The translations under genes and the position numbers were made by a program. DNA of 33,800 bases from Candidatus Limnocylindria bacterium. Its GTDB lineage: Bacteria; Chloroflexota; Limnocylindria; QHBO01. The DNA is taken from assembly GCA_038248695.1 (NCBI GenBank), contig JBBRXE010000003.1, positions 1-33,800 on the forward strand, read 5' to 3'. Numbering within the stretch: the first letter of the stretch is position 1; each line of letters begins with the position of its first letter. Below the pieces are notes generated by a model. That model was not told the DNA's origin and made no database searches. It was given only the letters and a program-made list of their open reading frames with translations. This document shows positions 18,109 through 27,870 of the stretch, piece after piece.

Positions 18109-18519
18109 ATGGCCGATCTCGACCTGCACTCGCTGCTGCTGTGCGACTACGCGTTGACAGCCAACGACGGCAAGATCAGCGCGGTGGGCATCTTCAGCCA
18201 GATCAACGTCGGCCAGCTGCCGGCGGTCCATGGCCGCCTGTTCGTGGTCGCCGTTCTCGAGGCCACGGCGGGGAGCTATCCGCTGCAGCTGCAGATCGTC
18301 GCACCGAGTGGCGCCGACGTGCTCCCCAATCCGCCCCGCTTGCAGATTGAGGTGCCGGCCAGTGCCACGACCGCCAACATCGTGGCCGATCTGAATGGGC
18401 TTGAGGTCAAGGAGATGGGCCGGCATCGGCTGGAGCTGCGCAGCGGCGACCGGCTCCTCGGCAGCGCGCCGTTCATGGTCAACATGATCTTTCCGCAGCC
18501 GCAGACCGCCAACGCCTGA
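18109..18519 (+). CDS. conserved hypothetical beta-rich protein (DUF6941-like)
   Basis: LLLCDYA...GKISAVGIF start pattern; TAGGCT 7 nt upstream of the ATG. Confidence 0.7.
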   Translation: MADLDLHSLLLCDYALTANDGKISAVGIFSQINVGQLPAVHGRLFVVAVLEATAGSYPLQLQIVAPSGADVLPNPPRLQIEVPASATTANIVADLNGLEVKEMGRHRLELRSGDRLLGSAPFMVNMIFPQPQTANA

Positions 18520-18583
18520 GCCGCGGGCTGCCGGACGCGACGGCGACAGCCTGATCTCACACAGCCGCACGCTGGATCGTTGA

Positions 18584-19267
18584 ATGAACATGCAACCGCT
18601 CATCGCCGTCACGACCACGCGCATCTTCTGCCGCCCGGGGTGCCCCGCACGAGCGCCGCGCGCCGATCATGTCCGCCACTACCTGTCGCCGGAGGCCGCC
18701 CTGGCCGATGGCTTCCGTCCCTGCCTGCGCTGCCGGCCGCTGGGCGACCGGCTGGTGGTCGCCGCCACGCTCGACACGCCCCTCGGCCCCATGCTTGCCG
18801 CGGCCACCGACGACGGCGTCTGCCTCCTGGAATTCACCGATCGGCGCATGCTGCCGGCGCAGCTGAAGATCGTCGAGCGGCGGCTGGGGCGCGTGGTGCC
18901 CGGCCGTCACGCGCACCTCGAACGGCTGCACGAGCAGCTGGACGAGTACTTCGCCGGGCACCGACACGCGTTCGACGTGCCGGTCACGACGCCCGGTTCG
19001 GCATTCGAGCAGACGGTGTGGCGTGAGCTCCGCGCCATCCCCGCCGGTGAGACACGCAGCTACGACGGGTTGGCGCTCAGCCTCGGCCGGCCGGGAGCGG
19101 CCAGGGCGGTCGGCCGCGCAAATGGGATGAACCGCATCGCCATCGTCATCCCCTGCCATCGGGTCATCGGCGCCGATGGCTCTTTCACCGGCTACGGCGG
19201 CGGGCTGTGGCGAAAGCAGCGCCTGCTGGACCTGGAACGCGTCACGGGCGCATGGCGACGAGGATGA
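18584..19267 (+). CDS. methylated-DNA--protein-cysteine methyltransferase with an N-terminal Ada Zn-binding domain
   Basis: TTRIFCRPGC...GFRPCLRC and active site IPCHRV. Confidence 0.92.
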   Translation: MNMQPLIAVTTTRIFCRPGCPARAPRADHVRHYLSPEAALADGFRPCLRCRPLGDRLVVAATLDTPLGPMLAAATDDGVCLLEFTDRRMLPAQLKIVERRLGRVVPGRHAHLERLHEQLDEYFAGHRHAFDVPVTTPGSAFEQTVWRELRAIPAGETRSYDGLALSLGRPGAARAVGRANGMNRIAIVIPCHRVIGADGSFTGYGGGLWRKQRLLDLERVTGAWRRG

Positions 19268-20778
19268 CTGACCGATTGCATTCGCCCAACTCGACACGCC
19301 GCGGCGGCACCTCGTCAGGCGCGTGGGCCGGCTTCGGTGCCGGGGCAGCCGGCCTGGCCGCGGCTGTCGTCATCCGCATGCTGACCGGCATCCCTACGGT
19401 CGCCGAGCGCATCGCGGAGGTGCTCACCATCTTCATCCCAGTCGGTCTGTTCGACATGCTGCTGGGCCTCTTCGGCACGCTGGCCAAACCACTGCTGGTG
19501 GTCGTCGTCGGGATCGGAGTGCTCGGTGCGGGAGCGGGAATCGGCTGGGCCGCGGCATGGAGCGGCACCCACGCGCCCGGCGGCAGTCGCACGGAAGGCG
19601 GCAGCCGCGCGTGGACGGTCGCCGTTGCTGCCGTGCTGGCGGCGCTGCTGGGCGTCGGCCTCCCACTGGCCCTTGATTCGGGACCGACCGCGATTGCCGG
19701 GATCCCGGCGGCCCTGCTCTTCGGCGGCATCTTCGCCAACGCATACGACCCGAGGGCCGAGCCCAACCCTGAGGCCGATGCGTCCCGCCGCCACCTCCTG
19801 CAATGGGCCGCCGTCGCCGGTGTGTTGCTGCTCGCGGGCGGCCTGTTCTGGCGCCTGGTCTCGAGTGGCGGTCGGGTCATCGCCGGGATGCTACCGCCAC
19901 CCATCACGGCGAACGCCGACTTCTACGTCATCAGTAAGAACCTGATCGATCCGTCGGTCGACGCCGCATCGTGGCGCCTGCGCGTCGACGGGCTCGTCGC
20001 GCATCCCTTGGAGCTGACGCTCGAGGCGCTGCGCGCACTGGGCGAGGTCGATCAGCTGCAAACGCTGGAGTGCATCAGCAACGAGGTCGGTGGGCACCTC
20101 ATCAGCACGGCCCGCTGGCACGGCGTGCCACTGCGCGCGCTGATCGAGCGGGCCGGGCCGCTGCCGTCGGTCATTGAACTGAAGCTGACCGCCGAGGACG
20201 GCTACTCCGAGTCCATCCCGCTGAGCATGGCCGCAGATGCCCGTGTGCTGCTCGCCTTCGAGATGAACGGCGAGCCGCTTCCCGAGCGCCACGGCTTTCC
20301 CCTGCGGCTGCTGCTGCCCGGCACCTACGGCATGAAGGGACCGAAGTGGCTCTCGGGGATCGAGGCGGTCGACACGCCGTACAAGGGCTACTGGGAGCAG
20401 CGCGGCTGGACGAAGGAGGCGACCGTCAAGACCATGTCACGCCTCGATCAGCCCGCTTCGTCGAGGCCAATCGACCAGCGCTCGCCCATCGTCCTGGCCG
20501 GCATGGCCTTCGCCGGCGACCGTGGCATCCGCGCCGTGGAGGTCCAGATCGGCGAGGGTGCGCAGTGGCTTGCCGCCGAGCTCGATACACCGGTGGGCGA
20601 GAGTCCCGCCGGCGTGTGGCGCTTCTGGCACTACGCCTGGTCGCCGCCGCGCGCCGGCACATACCGGGTCCAGGTTCGCGCCATCGACGGCGGCGGCGCG
20701 TTCCAGTCGGCCCAGGTTGCCGGAACCCTTCCCGACGGCGCGTCAGGCTACGACGGAACGAGCTACACCGTAGCGTGA
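19264..20778 (+). CDS. membrane-anchored molybdopterin oxidoreductase (sulfite oxidase family)
   Basis: N-terminal TM helices; TLECISN Mo-ligand Cys, MNGEPLP..HGFPLRL, YGMKGPKW, GYWEQRGW; ATGA coupling at 19264. Confidence 0.88.
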   Translation: MTDRLHSPNSTRRGGTSSGAWAGFGAGAAGLAAAVVIRMLTGIPTVAERIAEVLTIFIPVGLFDMLLGLFGTLAKPLLVVVVGIGVLGAGAGIGWAAAWSGTHAPGGSRTEGGSRAWTVAVAAVLAALLGVGLPLALDSGPTAIAGIPAALLFGGIFANAYDPRAEPNPEADASRRHLLQWAAVAGVLLLAGGLFWRLVSSGGRVIAGMLPPPITANADFYVISKNLIDPSVDAASWRLRVDGLVAHPLELTLEALRALGEVDQLQTLECISNEVGGHLISTARWHGVPLRALIERAGPLPSVIELKLTAEDGYSESIPLSMAADARVLLAFEMNGEPLPERHGFPLRLLLPGTYGMKGPKWLSGIEAVDTPYKGYWEQRGWTKEATVKTMSRLDQPASSRPIDQRSPIVLAGMAFAGDRGIRAVEVQIGEGAQWLAAELDTPVGESPAGVWRFWHYAWSPPRAGTYRVQVRAIDGGGAFQSAQVAGTLPDGASGYDGTSYTVA

Positions 20779-20781
20779 GGG

Positions 20782-20915
20782 GCGTTTGCTACACCTGCAA
20801 ACAACGGCGGACTTGGGCGTGAACTCCTGCGTGGTTTGCCGACGCAGCAAACCACGGCGAAGAACGGGCGCTGTGAGCGTTCTCCGGCTCCGTTATTTGC
20901 CCGTGCTGCAAACGC
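20782..20915. repeat. REP/REPIN-like intergenic palindrome cluster (3 x TTTGC-N7-GCAAA)
   Basis: Hairpins at 20784-20802, 20830-20856 and 20896-20912; outer arms GCGTTTGC/GCAAACGC. Confidence 0.7.
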
Positions 20916-20942
20916 GCCGGCGATCGGGGAACGCGCCGGCGA

Positions 20943-21728
20943 TCAGCTGACGCGGATGTCGGTGCCCATGGCGTGGTAGCCGCCATCCACGTGGATCAGC
21001 TCACCAGAGGTCATCGACGCCCAGTCGCTGAGGAGGAAGCAGACCATCTGGCCGACGGGCGTCGCATCAGTCAACGACCAGCCCAGGGGTGCGCGGTTGC
21101 GCCACTTGTCGGCGATCTGGTCGAAGCCGGGGATCGACTTGCCGGCCATGGTGCGTATGGGCCCGGCCGAGACGGTGTTGACCCGGATGTGGAACTCGCC
21201 GAGGTCGCGCGCGAGGTAGCGACTGACCGCCTCCAGCGCGGCCTTGGAGACCCCCATCCAGTCGTAGATCGGCCACGCGTAGCGCCCGTCGAAGTCGAGA
21301 CTGACCACCGATGCCGCCCCCGCCGCCTTCATCGGCTCGAGCATGCCGGCTGTCAGGCCCTTCAGCGAATAGGCCGACGTCTGGAAGGCCGTCGCCACAC
21401 TTTCCCACGGCGTGTTCAGGAAGTTGCCGCCCAGGGCGTCGTCGGGGGCAAAGGCGATGGCGTGCACCAGGCCGTCGAGGCGGCCCCATCGGTCCATCAC
21501 CTGCTTCGCCACGGCCTCGATGTGCTCGGGGTCGTTGACGTCCAGCTCAAGGACATCCGGAGTGCTCGGCAGCTTGCGCGCGACCCGCTGGGTGAGCCGC
21601 ATGGCGCGTCCGAAGCTGGTCAGCAGCACCTCGGCGCCTGCCTCCTGCGCGACCTGGGCGACCGCGTAGGCCATGCTGTCGTCGGTCAGCACGCCGGTGA
21701 TGAGCAGCTTCTTGCCTTCGAGCAGCAC
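20943..21728 (-). CDS. fabI: enoyl-ACP reductase
   Basis: LEGKKLLITGV, YDWMGVSKAALE, SAGPIRTMA, HVDGG (InhA/FabI type); AGGAGG RBS before GTG 21728. Confidence 0.92.
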   Translation of the reverse strand: MLLEGKKLLITGVLTDDSMAYAVAQVAQEAGAEVLLTSFGRAMRLTQRVARKLPSTPDVLELDVNDPEHIEAVAKQVMDRWGRLDGLVHAIAFAPDDALGGNFLNTPWESVATAFQTSAYSLKGLTAGMLEPMKAAGAASVVSLDFDGRYAWPIYDWMGVSKAALEAVSRYLARDLGEFHIRVNTVSAGPIRTMAGKSIPGFDQIADKWRNRAPLGWSLTDATPVGQMVCFLLSDWASMTSGELIHVDGGYHAMGTDIRVS

Positions 21729-21849
21729 GCGCTTCCTCCTGCTTTGGCTCATGGACCGATGCGCCATGCGGCGCGCCGAGCGATTGTAGCCCGCGCGGAC
21801 CACCCGGCCGCCGCGGCGAAGGACGCATGAGGCTATGCTCGGAGGCCGA

Positions 21850-22305
21850 ATGATGGTCCACCTGTACGACTACGAGGTGCCCGTCGCCGATGTGGCGGCG
21901 GGCGTGCCGAACCTGCGTGAGGCGCTCGCCGACCGCCCCGAGGCCGAGCGTAAGGCGCTGCTCACCGGGCTCTTCCGCACCGAGCGCATCCCGGGGACCA
22001 TGGAACGCCTCTCGACGCTGGTGGCGGACGTCGACGCCAGCTTCGCCGACCTGCTGACGCTGCTTGACAACGCCGCCCGCAAGCGCAGCTTCGTGGCGAT
22101 CGACGAGGCGAAGGCCATCCTGGACCGATACCTCCCTGACAGCGCGGTGAGCGGCACCCATGACTGGGACGTTGCCCGCCTGCACGAGCCGTACGGCGAC
22201 GGCAGCTACCACGGCAAGCTGCTGAAGCGGACGCGCAAGCAACTTCGATCGGTCAGCAGCCGCGAGGCACTGACCACCCCGTTCCTCTTCCGCAGGGAGT
22301 GGTGA
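21850..22305 (+). CDS. hypothetical protein
   Basis: GGAGG RBS at 21841-45, GC-rich third codon positions; no family recognised. Confidence 0.75.
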   Translation: MMVHLYDYEVPVADVAAGVPNLREALADRPEAERKALLTGLFRTERIPGTMERLSTLVADVDASFADLLTLLDNAARKRSFVAIDEAKAILDRYLPDSAVSGTHDWDVARLHEPYGDGSYHGKLLKRTRKQLRSVSSREALTTPFLFRREW

Positions 22306-22306
22306 G

Positions 22307-22456
22307 CTGAGCCGCCGATCCGGGCGCGGGTCACGCCGCCGCCGGACGTACCAGCCCATCCCGGAGCGCCGGTCGCACTGGGGTGCGCGGCTGCTTATCC
22401 TGTTCGTGGGACTGGCTCTCTTCGCCGGGGTGGTGGCCATCGCCTTCAGCCGCTGA
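22307..22456 (+). CDS. small single-pass membrane protein (49 aa), probable CTG start
   Basis: (M)SRRSGRGSRRRRTYQPIPERRSHWGARLLILFVGLALFAGVVAIAFSR*: basic N-terminus plus one TM helix; GGAG 7 nt upstream. Confidence 0.55.
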   Translation: MSRRSGRGSRRRRTYQPIPERRSHWGARLLILFVGLALFAGVVAIAFSR

Positions 22457-22521
22457 AGAGTCCCGCCGACGCCTTTCAGCCGCTGGCGAGTGCGCCGACG
22501 TCTTTCAGCCGCTGGCGAGTC
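22441..22521. repeat. about 29-30-bp imperfect tandem repeat x3
   Basis: cg(c/t)c(t)ttcagccgctg..gagt units. Confidence 0.8.
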
Positions 22522-22696
22522 ATCTGGTGACTCAAACGATGGTGATCGCTCGCCTGTCGTGCATTTGAGTCGCCACGCGCCTGAAACCAGCGCGCTTGAC
22601 CCTGGAACCCCGTCAGATCGGTCGAACTCAGTCGCCACGCGACTGAACAGCAGGTGAGCCAGCCCGATTCGGTCGTTTGAGTCACGTGGCGACTCA
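22517..22696. repeat. REP/REPIN-like palindrome cluster (4 x AGTCR-N5-YGACT)
   Basis: Units at 22517-33, 22564-86 (degenerate), 22628-46 and 22678-96; gactcaaacga/tcgtttgagtc outer inverted repeat. Confidence 0.72.
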
Positions 22697-22757
22697 GCCT
22701 CCGAGCGACGACTCAGCGCGCCGAGCTCAGCGTCGCACGGCAACGACGTGGCGTGCG

Positions 22758-23198
22758 TCAGTCCAGGCGCAACGGCCGGACGGTCATGACCTCGTCGACG
22801 CGTCCCTCCCACTCCTCGCGCGGCGCGTCGCAGTAGAGCTCGATCTCATTGCCGTCCGGGTCGGCGGTGTACAGACTGCGGCTCACGCCGTGGTCCACCG
22901 CGCCCTTCAGCAGCCCACGCGCGCCCAGCAGCTCATGGGCCTTCAGCACGGCCTCCCAGTCGGCCAGCTGGATGGCGACGTGATAGAGGCCGACGGCACC
23001 CGGCAGAGGCGTCGGCGCCTGGTCGCCCACCCGCAGCAGGCCGAGGTCGTGGTGGTTCTCGCCCGTGGCGGTGAGGAAGATCATCACGTTGCTCATCTCG
23101 CTGACCACGCGAAAGCCCAGCAGGTCGCGGTAGAAGGCCAGCGACCGATCCAGGTCGCGGACCTTGAGGACCACGTGGCCGACCCCAAGCGGCTGCAT
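22758..23198 (-). CDS. VOC/glyoxalase family protein (catechol dioxygenase-like)
   Basis: GHVVLKVRDLDRSLAFY, HHDLGL, GLYHVAI, DHGVSRSLYTADPDGNEIELY; TAGCAT 7 nt before the ATG. Confidence 0.9.
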   Translation of the reverse strand: MQPLGVGHVVLKVRDLDRSLAFYRDLLGFRVVSEMSNVMIFLTATGENHHDLGLLRVGDQAPTPLPGAVGLYHVAIQLADWEAVLKAHELLGARGLLKGAVDHGVSRSLYTADPDGNEIELYCDAPREEWEGRVDEVMTVRPLRLD

Positions 23199-23256
23199 GC
23201 GGCCGATGCTACTCCAGTGCATCTCACCCTCACCACCGTTCACTGCCGAGGCGGCT

Positions 23257-23308
23257 GCGTTCGACTGCCGCGTTCGGCAGCCGCGTTCGGCAGCCGCGTT
23301 CGGCAGCC
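23257..23308. repeat. 13-bp tandem repeat x4 (gcgttcggcagcc)
   Basis: Three perfect copies plus one variant, intergenic. Confidence 0.9.
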
Positions 23309-23328
23309 GGCTTAGCGGCGCACGCGGA

Positions 23329-23970
23329 TCAGCCCAGGTGAATGGTGACCTGCACGACGCCCAGGCTGCTGCTGCGATCCGTGACCGCCGCCCACGCCTC
23401 GGGCGACAGGTCCGCGACCTTCTGGTTGGCGGTCCCCCAGTAGCAGCCGCAGTAGTCAACGACAGGCAGGCTGACACAGCGGTCGGCGCACACCGTCACG
23501 TAGCGCGCGGCCGGTGGGGCATCGTAGTGGCCACCCAGGGCGCCGGGCAACGCGACGACCGCCTGGCCGCGATAGCCGAGCGAGCAGCAGTAGTACGTCG
23601 CCTTGCCGGACACCGTGCTGCCGCTGGGCGGTGCGACGACCGTGAGCGGTGGCGTCGGACGGGCCGTCGGGATCGGGACGAATTTCGCCGTGATGGCAAA
23701 CCTGGCCTGCGCTCGGCGCGCGGTGGCGGTCCACAGCACCTCGGGGCTGGCGGGCTGCGCAACATGGGCGAGCGTCAATGCCGCCGAACGCTCGCGTCCG
23801 GCGAGGGGCGTGCGTGGCAGGTCCCGGCTCGTCCGCTTTGCGGCGTCGAGCAGCTGCCCGGTCTGCGCGTCCATGGGCGTCGCGGATCGGGTGGAGACGG
23901 GCGCCAACAGGCCGACGCCCGCCGCGCTGAGGATGGTGAGTACGGCGATGCGCCGCGCCAGCTCTCGCAA
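23329..23970 (-). CDS. secreted protein with an RlpA/expansin-like double-psi beta-barrel domain
   Basis: Signal peptide; GKATYY, V.VVDYC.C and DLSPEAW motifs after a Pro/Thr linker. Confidence 0.72.
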   Translation of the reverse strand: MRELARRIAVLTILSAAGVGLLAPVSTRSATPMDAQTGQLLDAAKRTSRDLPRTPLAGRERSAALTLAHVAQPASPEVLWTATARRAQARFAITAKFVPIPTARPTPPLTVVAPPSGSTVSGKATYYCCSLGYRGQAVVALPGALGGHYDAPPAARYVTVCADRCVSLPVVDYCGCYWGTANQKVADLSPEAWAAVTDRSSSLGVVQVTIHLG

Positions 23971-23982
23971 TCGAACGCCTCG

Positions 23983-24606
<624 letters not shown>

Positions 24607-24758
24607 TTAGCGTGGTCTGCGCGCCCATTGGCATCCAACATGCGAAGCGGCATGGAGCCTTGTGGGCGAGCGACCACCCTACCATCCGAGTCATCCGATG
24701 TCGAGGCCGGCAGCTCCCAGCGCCGCCCTCCCGACGCGCAGCCATACGAGGAAACCCG

Positions 24759-25562
24759 ATGCCCACACGCAAATCGGACAACGAGAGCCATCGCAGCGGT
24801 CCGGTCATCATGCGCGGCCCGCAGAAGCGGCAGACGGAGGACCAGCGGCTCCTGCAGGAGACCCCGGATGCCGACTTCCTGCACACCGACACGTGGCGTT
24901 CGCTGCGCATCCTGGGCGAGTTCGTGGAGGGCTTCGATGCCCTGGCCGGGGTCGGCCCGGCGGTGACCGTCTTCGGCTCGGCCCGAGTCCCGCGAAGCGA
25001 CCGGCAGTACCGTCTGGCGCGGAAGCTGGCGCGACGCCTCGTCAAGGAGGGGTTCGCGATCATCACCGGCGGCGGCCCGGGGATCATGGAGGCTGCCAAC
25101 CGTGGCGCCCAGGATGCTGGCGGCCTGTCCATCGGCTGCAATATCGAGCTGCCCTTCGAGCAGGGGCTCAACGACTATGTCGACCTCGGCATGGAGTTCC
25201 GCTACTTCTTCGTGCGAAAGGTGATGTTCATGAAGTACGCGGAGGCGTTCTGCATCTTCCCGGGCGGCTTCGGCACGCTCGACGAGCTGTTCGAGTCGCT
25301 GACCCTGATCCAGACCGGCAAGGTCGAGCACTTCCCGGTCGTCCTCTTCGGCACGGAGTACTGGCAGGGACTCCTGGACTGGATCAATCAGCAGCCGCTC
25401 GACGAGGGCAAGATCGCGCCGGCCGACCTCGACCTGTTCACCCTCACCGACGACATCGAGGAGGCGGCGACCACGATCCTGACACGTCACCAGAATCGCC
25501 TGGCTGCCGAGCGCAGCCAGCGTGCTAACGAGCGGGCAGTGAAAGAGGCCAACGCCCACTGA
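24759..25562 (+). CDS. LOG family nucleotide phosphoribohydrolase
   Basis: TVFGSAR, TGGGPGIMEAAN, FFVRK, PGGFGTLDE; GAGGA RBS before ATG 24759. Confidence 0.92.
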   Translation: MPTRKSDNESHRSGPVIMRGPQKRQTEDQRLLQETPDADFLHTDTWRSLRILGEFVEGFDALAGVGPAVTVFGSARVPRSDRQYRLARKLARRLVKEGFAIITGGGPGIMEAANRGAQDAGGLSIGCNIELPFEQGLNDYVDLGMEFRYFFVRKVMFMKYAEAFCIFPGGFGTLDELFESLTLIQTGKVEHFPVVLFGTEYWQGLLDWINQQPLDEGKIAPADLDLFTLTDDIEEAATTILTRHQNRLAAERSQRANERAVKEANAH

Positions 25563-25687
25563 CCCCGGCGCGCCACCGAGCAGGCACTCAAGGCGGCCCA
25601 GGCGCACTGAGCGGGGCATCGAGGCGAGGAAGGTGATGGCCACTGATACCTATCATTCATGGCTGTTATGTGGCAGACTCCCTTGGT

Positions 25688-26116
25688 ATGCAGGACACAA
25701 TGCCCGCTTCGTCGTCGCTCCGGGTCGGTCAGGCCGCCGAGATGCTGCAGATATCGGTGGAAACGCTGCGCCGCTGGGAAGGCGAGGGGCGCCTGACAAC
25801 CACGCGGTCACGGGGAGGCCAGCGGCTCGTGCCGATCCAAGAGGTCACCAGGCTGCTCGGCGAGCGCCGCGCGGCGGCGCCGGAGCGCCCGACAGTGGCG
25901 GCCTCGGCGCGGAACCGCTTTCCGGGGATCGTCACCGGCGTCGAACGTGATCGTGTCGCGGCGGTGGTCGAGGTGATGAGCGGGCCGCATCGGCTCGTGA
26001 GCCTGATGACCGCCGAGGCCGTCAAAGACCTGGGGCTCGCCATCGGCGACGAGGTCATTTGCGTGGTCAAGGCGACGAACGTCATCGTCGAGATCTCCAC
26101 GCGCAAGGAGCCGTGA
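25688..26116 (+). CDS. MerR/excisionase-type HTH plus TOBE molybdate-responsive regulator; start uncertain
   Basis: VGQAAEMLQISVETLRRW HTH; SARNRFPGIV...VVKATNV TOBE/Mop domain; upstream of modAB. Confidence 0.88.
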   Translation: MQDTMPASSSLRVGQAAEMLQISVETLRRWEGEGRLTTTRSRGGQRLVPIQEVTRLLGERRAAAPERPTVAASARNRFPGIVTGVERDRVAAVVEVMSGPHRLVSLMTAEAVKDLGLAIGDEVICVVKATNVIVEISTRKEP

Positions 26117-26910
26117 GCGTGCGGCGGGCCACCGTCATCATCGCGCTCGCCGTCGTCGCTTCCGCCTGCGCGGCGTCTCCCGCGTCTTCGTCGGGCACGA
26201 CGGTCGACACCCAGCTGACGATCTTCGCCGCCGCATCGCTGACAGGCGCGCTCGATGCCGTCAAGCGCACCTACGAGGCCGCCCTCCGGGGTGCCAGCCT
26301 CACCATCTCGACCGCCTCATCGGCCGCGCTGGAGACGCAGATCGAGCAGGGAGCGCCGGCGGACGTCTTCCTGTCGGCCGATACCGCCAATCCGCAGAAG
26401 CTGGTCGCCGGCGGTTTCGCTGAGGGTGATGCGGTCGTCTTCGCTGGCAACCAGCTGACGATCATCGTGCCCGCCGGCAACCCGGCCGGAATCACATCGC
26501 CAGCCGACCTCGCCAGACCTGGCATCAAGATCATCGCCGCCGGCGACGAGGTGCCGATCAGCCAGTATGCGGCCCGAGTGGTCGCCAACCTGGCCCGTGG
26601 AGCGCCCGGCTTCGAGGCTGCCTACGACGCAAACGTCGTGTCGAAGGAGGACAACGTCAAGGCGGTCGTCGCCAAAGTGGAGCTTGGCGAGGGTGATGCC
26701 GGCATCGTCTATCTGACCGATGCGACCGCTTCGGCCAAGGTCGACACCGTCGACATCGCGGTAAGCGCGAATGTCCATGCCAGCTACGCGGGCGTGGTCA
26801 TCAGGTCCTCGGCGCATGCCGATGCTGCGACAGCCTTCCTCGCCTGGCTGGCGGGTCCGGATGGCCAGGCCGTCATGCGCCCATTCGGATTCCTCCCACC
26901 CACACCGTGA
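26113..26910 (+). CDS. modA: molybdate ABC transporter substrate-binding lipoprotein
   Basis: Lipobox-like ASAC, IFAAASL, QIEQGAPADVFLSA, GEGDAGIVY.TD; GTGA overlap and AAGGAG RBS. Confidence 0.92.
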   Translation: MSVRRATVIIALAVVASACAASPASSSGTTVDTQLTIFAAASLTGALDAVKRTYEAALRGASLTISTASSAALETQIEQGAPADVFLSADTANPQKLVAGGFAEGDAVVFAGNQLTIIVPAGNPAGITSPADLARPGIKIIAAGDEVPISQYAARVVANLARGAPGFEAAYDANVVSKEDNVKAVVAKVELGEGDAGIVYLTDATASAKVDTVDIAVSANVHASYAGVVIRSSAHADAATAFLAWLAGPDGQAVMRPFGFLPPTP

Positions 26911-27776
26911 CCGAAGTCGCTGCCGGCCATTCTCGGCGCGGGCCGGTCGTGCGTCGCTTGACCTCCTCGGGTCCTGCGCCACGCTGGCTGCTGACGCTGG
27001 CCGCCACCGGGTTTGCCGTGTTCCTGGGCCTGCCGATCCTGACGCTTGTCGTCCGGGCAATCCTCGATGGTTCGTTCGGGACTGCGTTCGTCTCAGGATC
27101 GGTGCTTGCGGCGCTCTCCCTCAGCCTGGTCACGACGGCGGTGAGCCTGGTCGTGACCGTGGCTGTTGGACTGCCGCTGGCCTTCGTCCTGGCCCGGCGC
27201 AGCTTCCCCGGAAAGTGGCTGCTGGAAGCGCTGATCGACCTGCCGATCGTGCTGCCGCCATCGGTCGCCGGGCTGGCGCTGCTGCTCGTCTTCGGCCGTA
27301 CCGGCCTGCTCGGCGGACCATTTCAGCTGGCGGGGATCGAGATCCCGTTCACCGCCGTCGCGGTGATCCTGGCCCAGGTCTTCGTCTCGGCGCCGTTCTT
27401 CGTGCGTGCGGCGCGCACCGGCCTGGCAGGGATCGATACCGACCTCGAGGATGCCGCCCGGGTCGACGGCGCATCGGAGCTGCAGCTGTTCCGATCGATC
27501 AGTGTGCCGCTGGCCAGCGCGGCACTGGCGGCCGGGCTGGTGATGAGCTGGGCCCGCGCGCTCGGCGAGTTCGGAGCTACCATCATGTTCGCCGGCAATA
27601 TCGAAGGCCGGACGCAGACGCTGCCCCTGGTGGTCTACTCCGAGTTCCAGGCGGGCGGCGGCCTGAATGCTTCGATTGCAGCCGCTGCCATCCTGGTGAT
27701 CGCGGCCCTCGGCGTGCTCATCGCAGTACGACTGTTCCACTGGACCTGGGCGTTCGACGTGCGGAGCATCGGCTGA
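26907..27776 (+). CDS. modB: molybdate ABC transporter permease
   Basis: LPIVLPPSVAGLALL, EDAARVDGA loop, WARALGEFGATIMFAGN..GRTQTLPL. Confidence 0.92.
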   Translation: MTEVAAGHSRRGPVVRRLTSSGPAPRWLLTLAATGFAVFLGLPILTLVVRAILDGSFGTAFVSGSVLAALSLSLVTTAVSLVVTVAVGLPLAFVLARRSFPGKWLLEALIDLPIVLPPSVAGLALLLVFGRTGLLGGPFQLAGIEIPFTAVAVILAQVFVSAPFFVRAARTGLAGIDTDLEDAARVDGASELQLFRSISVPLASAALAAGLVMSWARALGEFGATIMFAGNIEGRTQTLPLVVYSEFQAGGGLNASIAAAAILVIAALGVLIAVRLFHWTWAFDVRSIG

Positions 27777-27870
27777 TCTGGTGGGATCCGACAGACGAAA
27801 AAGCGACCGGCGAGATTGCCGGCCGCAGAGGTGTGTCGTGATTGGTCCGTGATCTGCTCGTTGCCAATGC

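Noticed and set aside
22517-22696. Mini CRISPR array
   Set aside because: Units are only about 17-19 bp, degenerate and inverted relative to each other; better explained as REP-like
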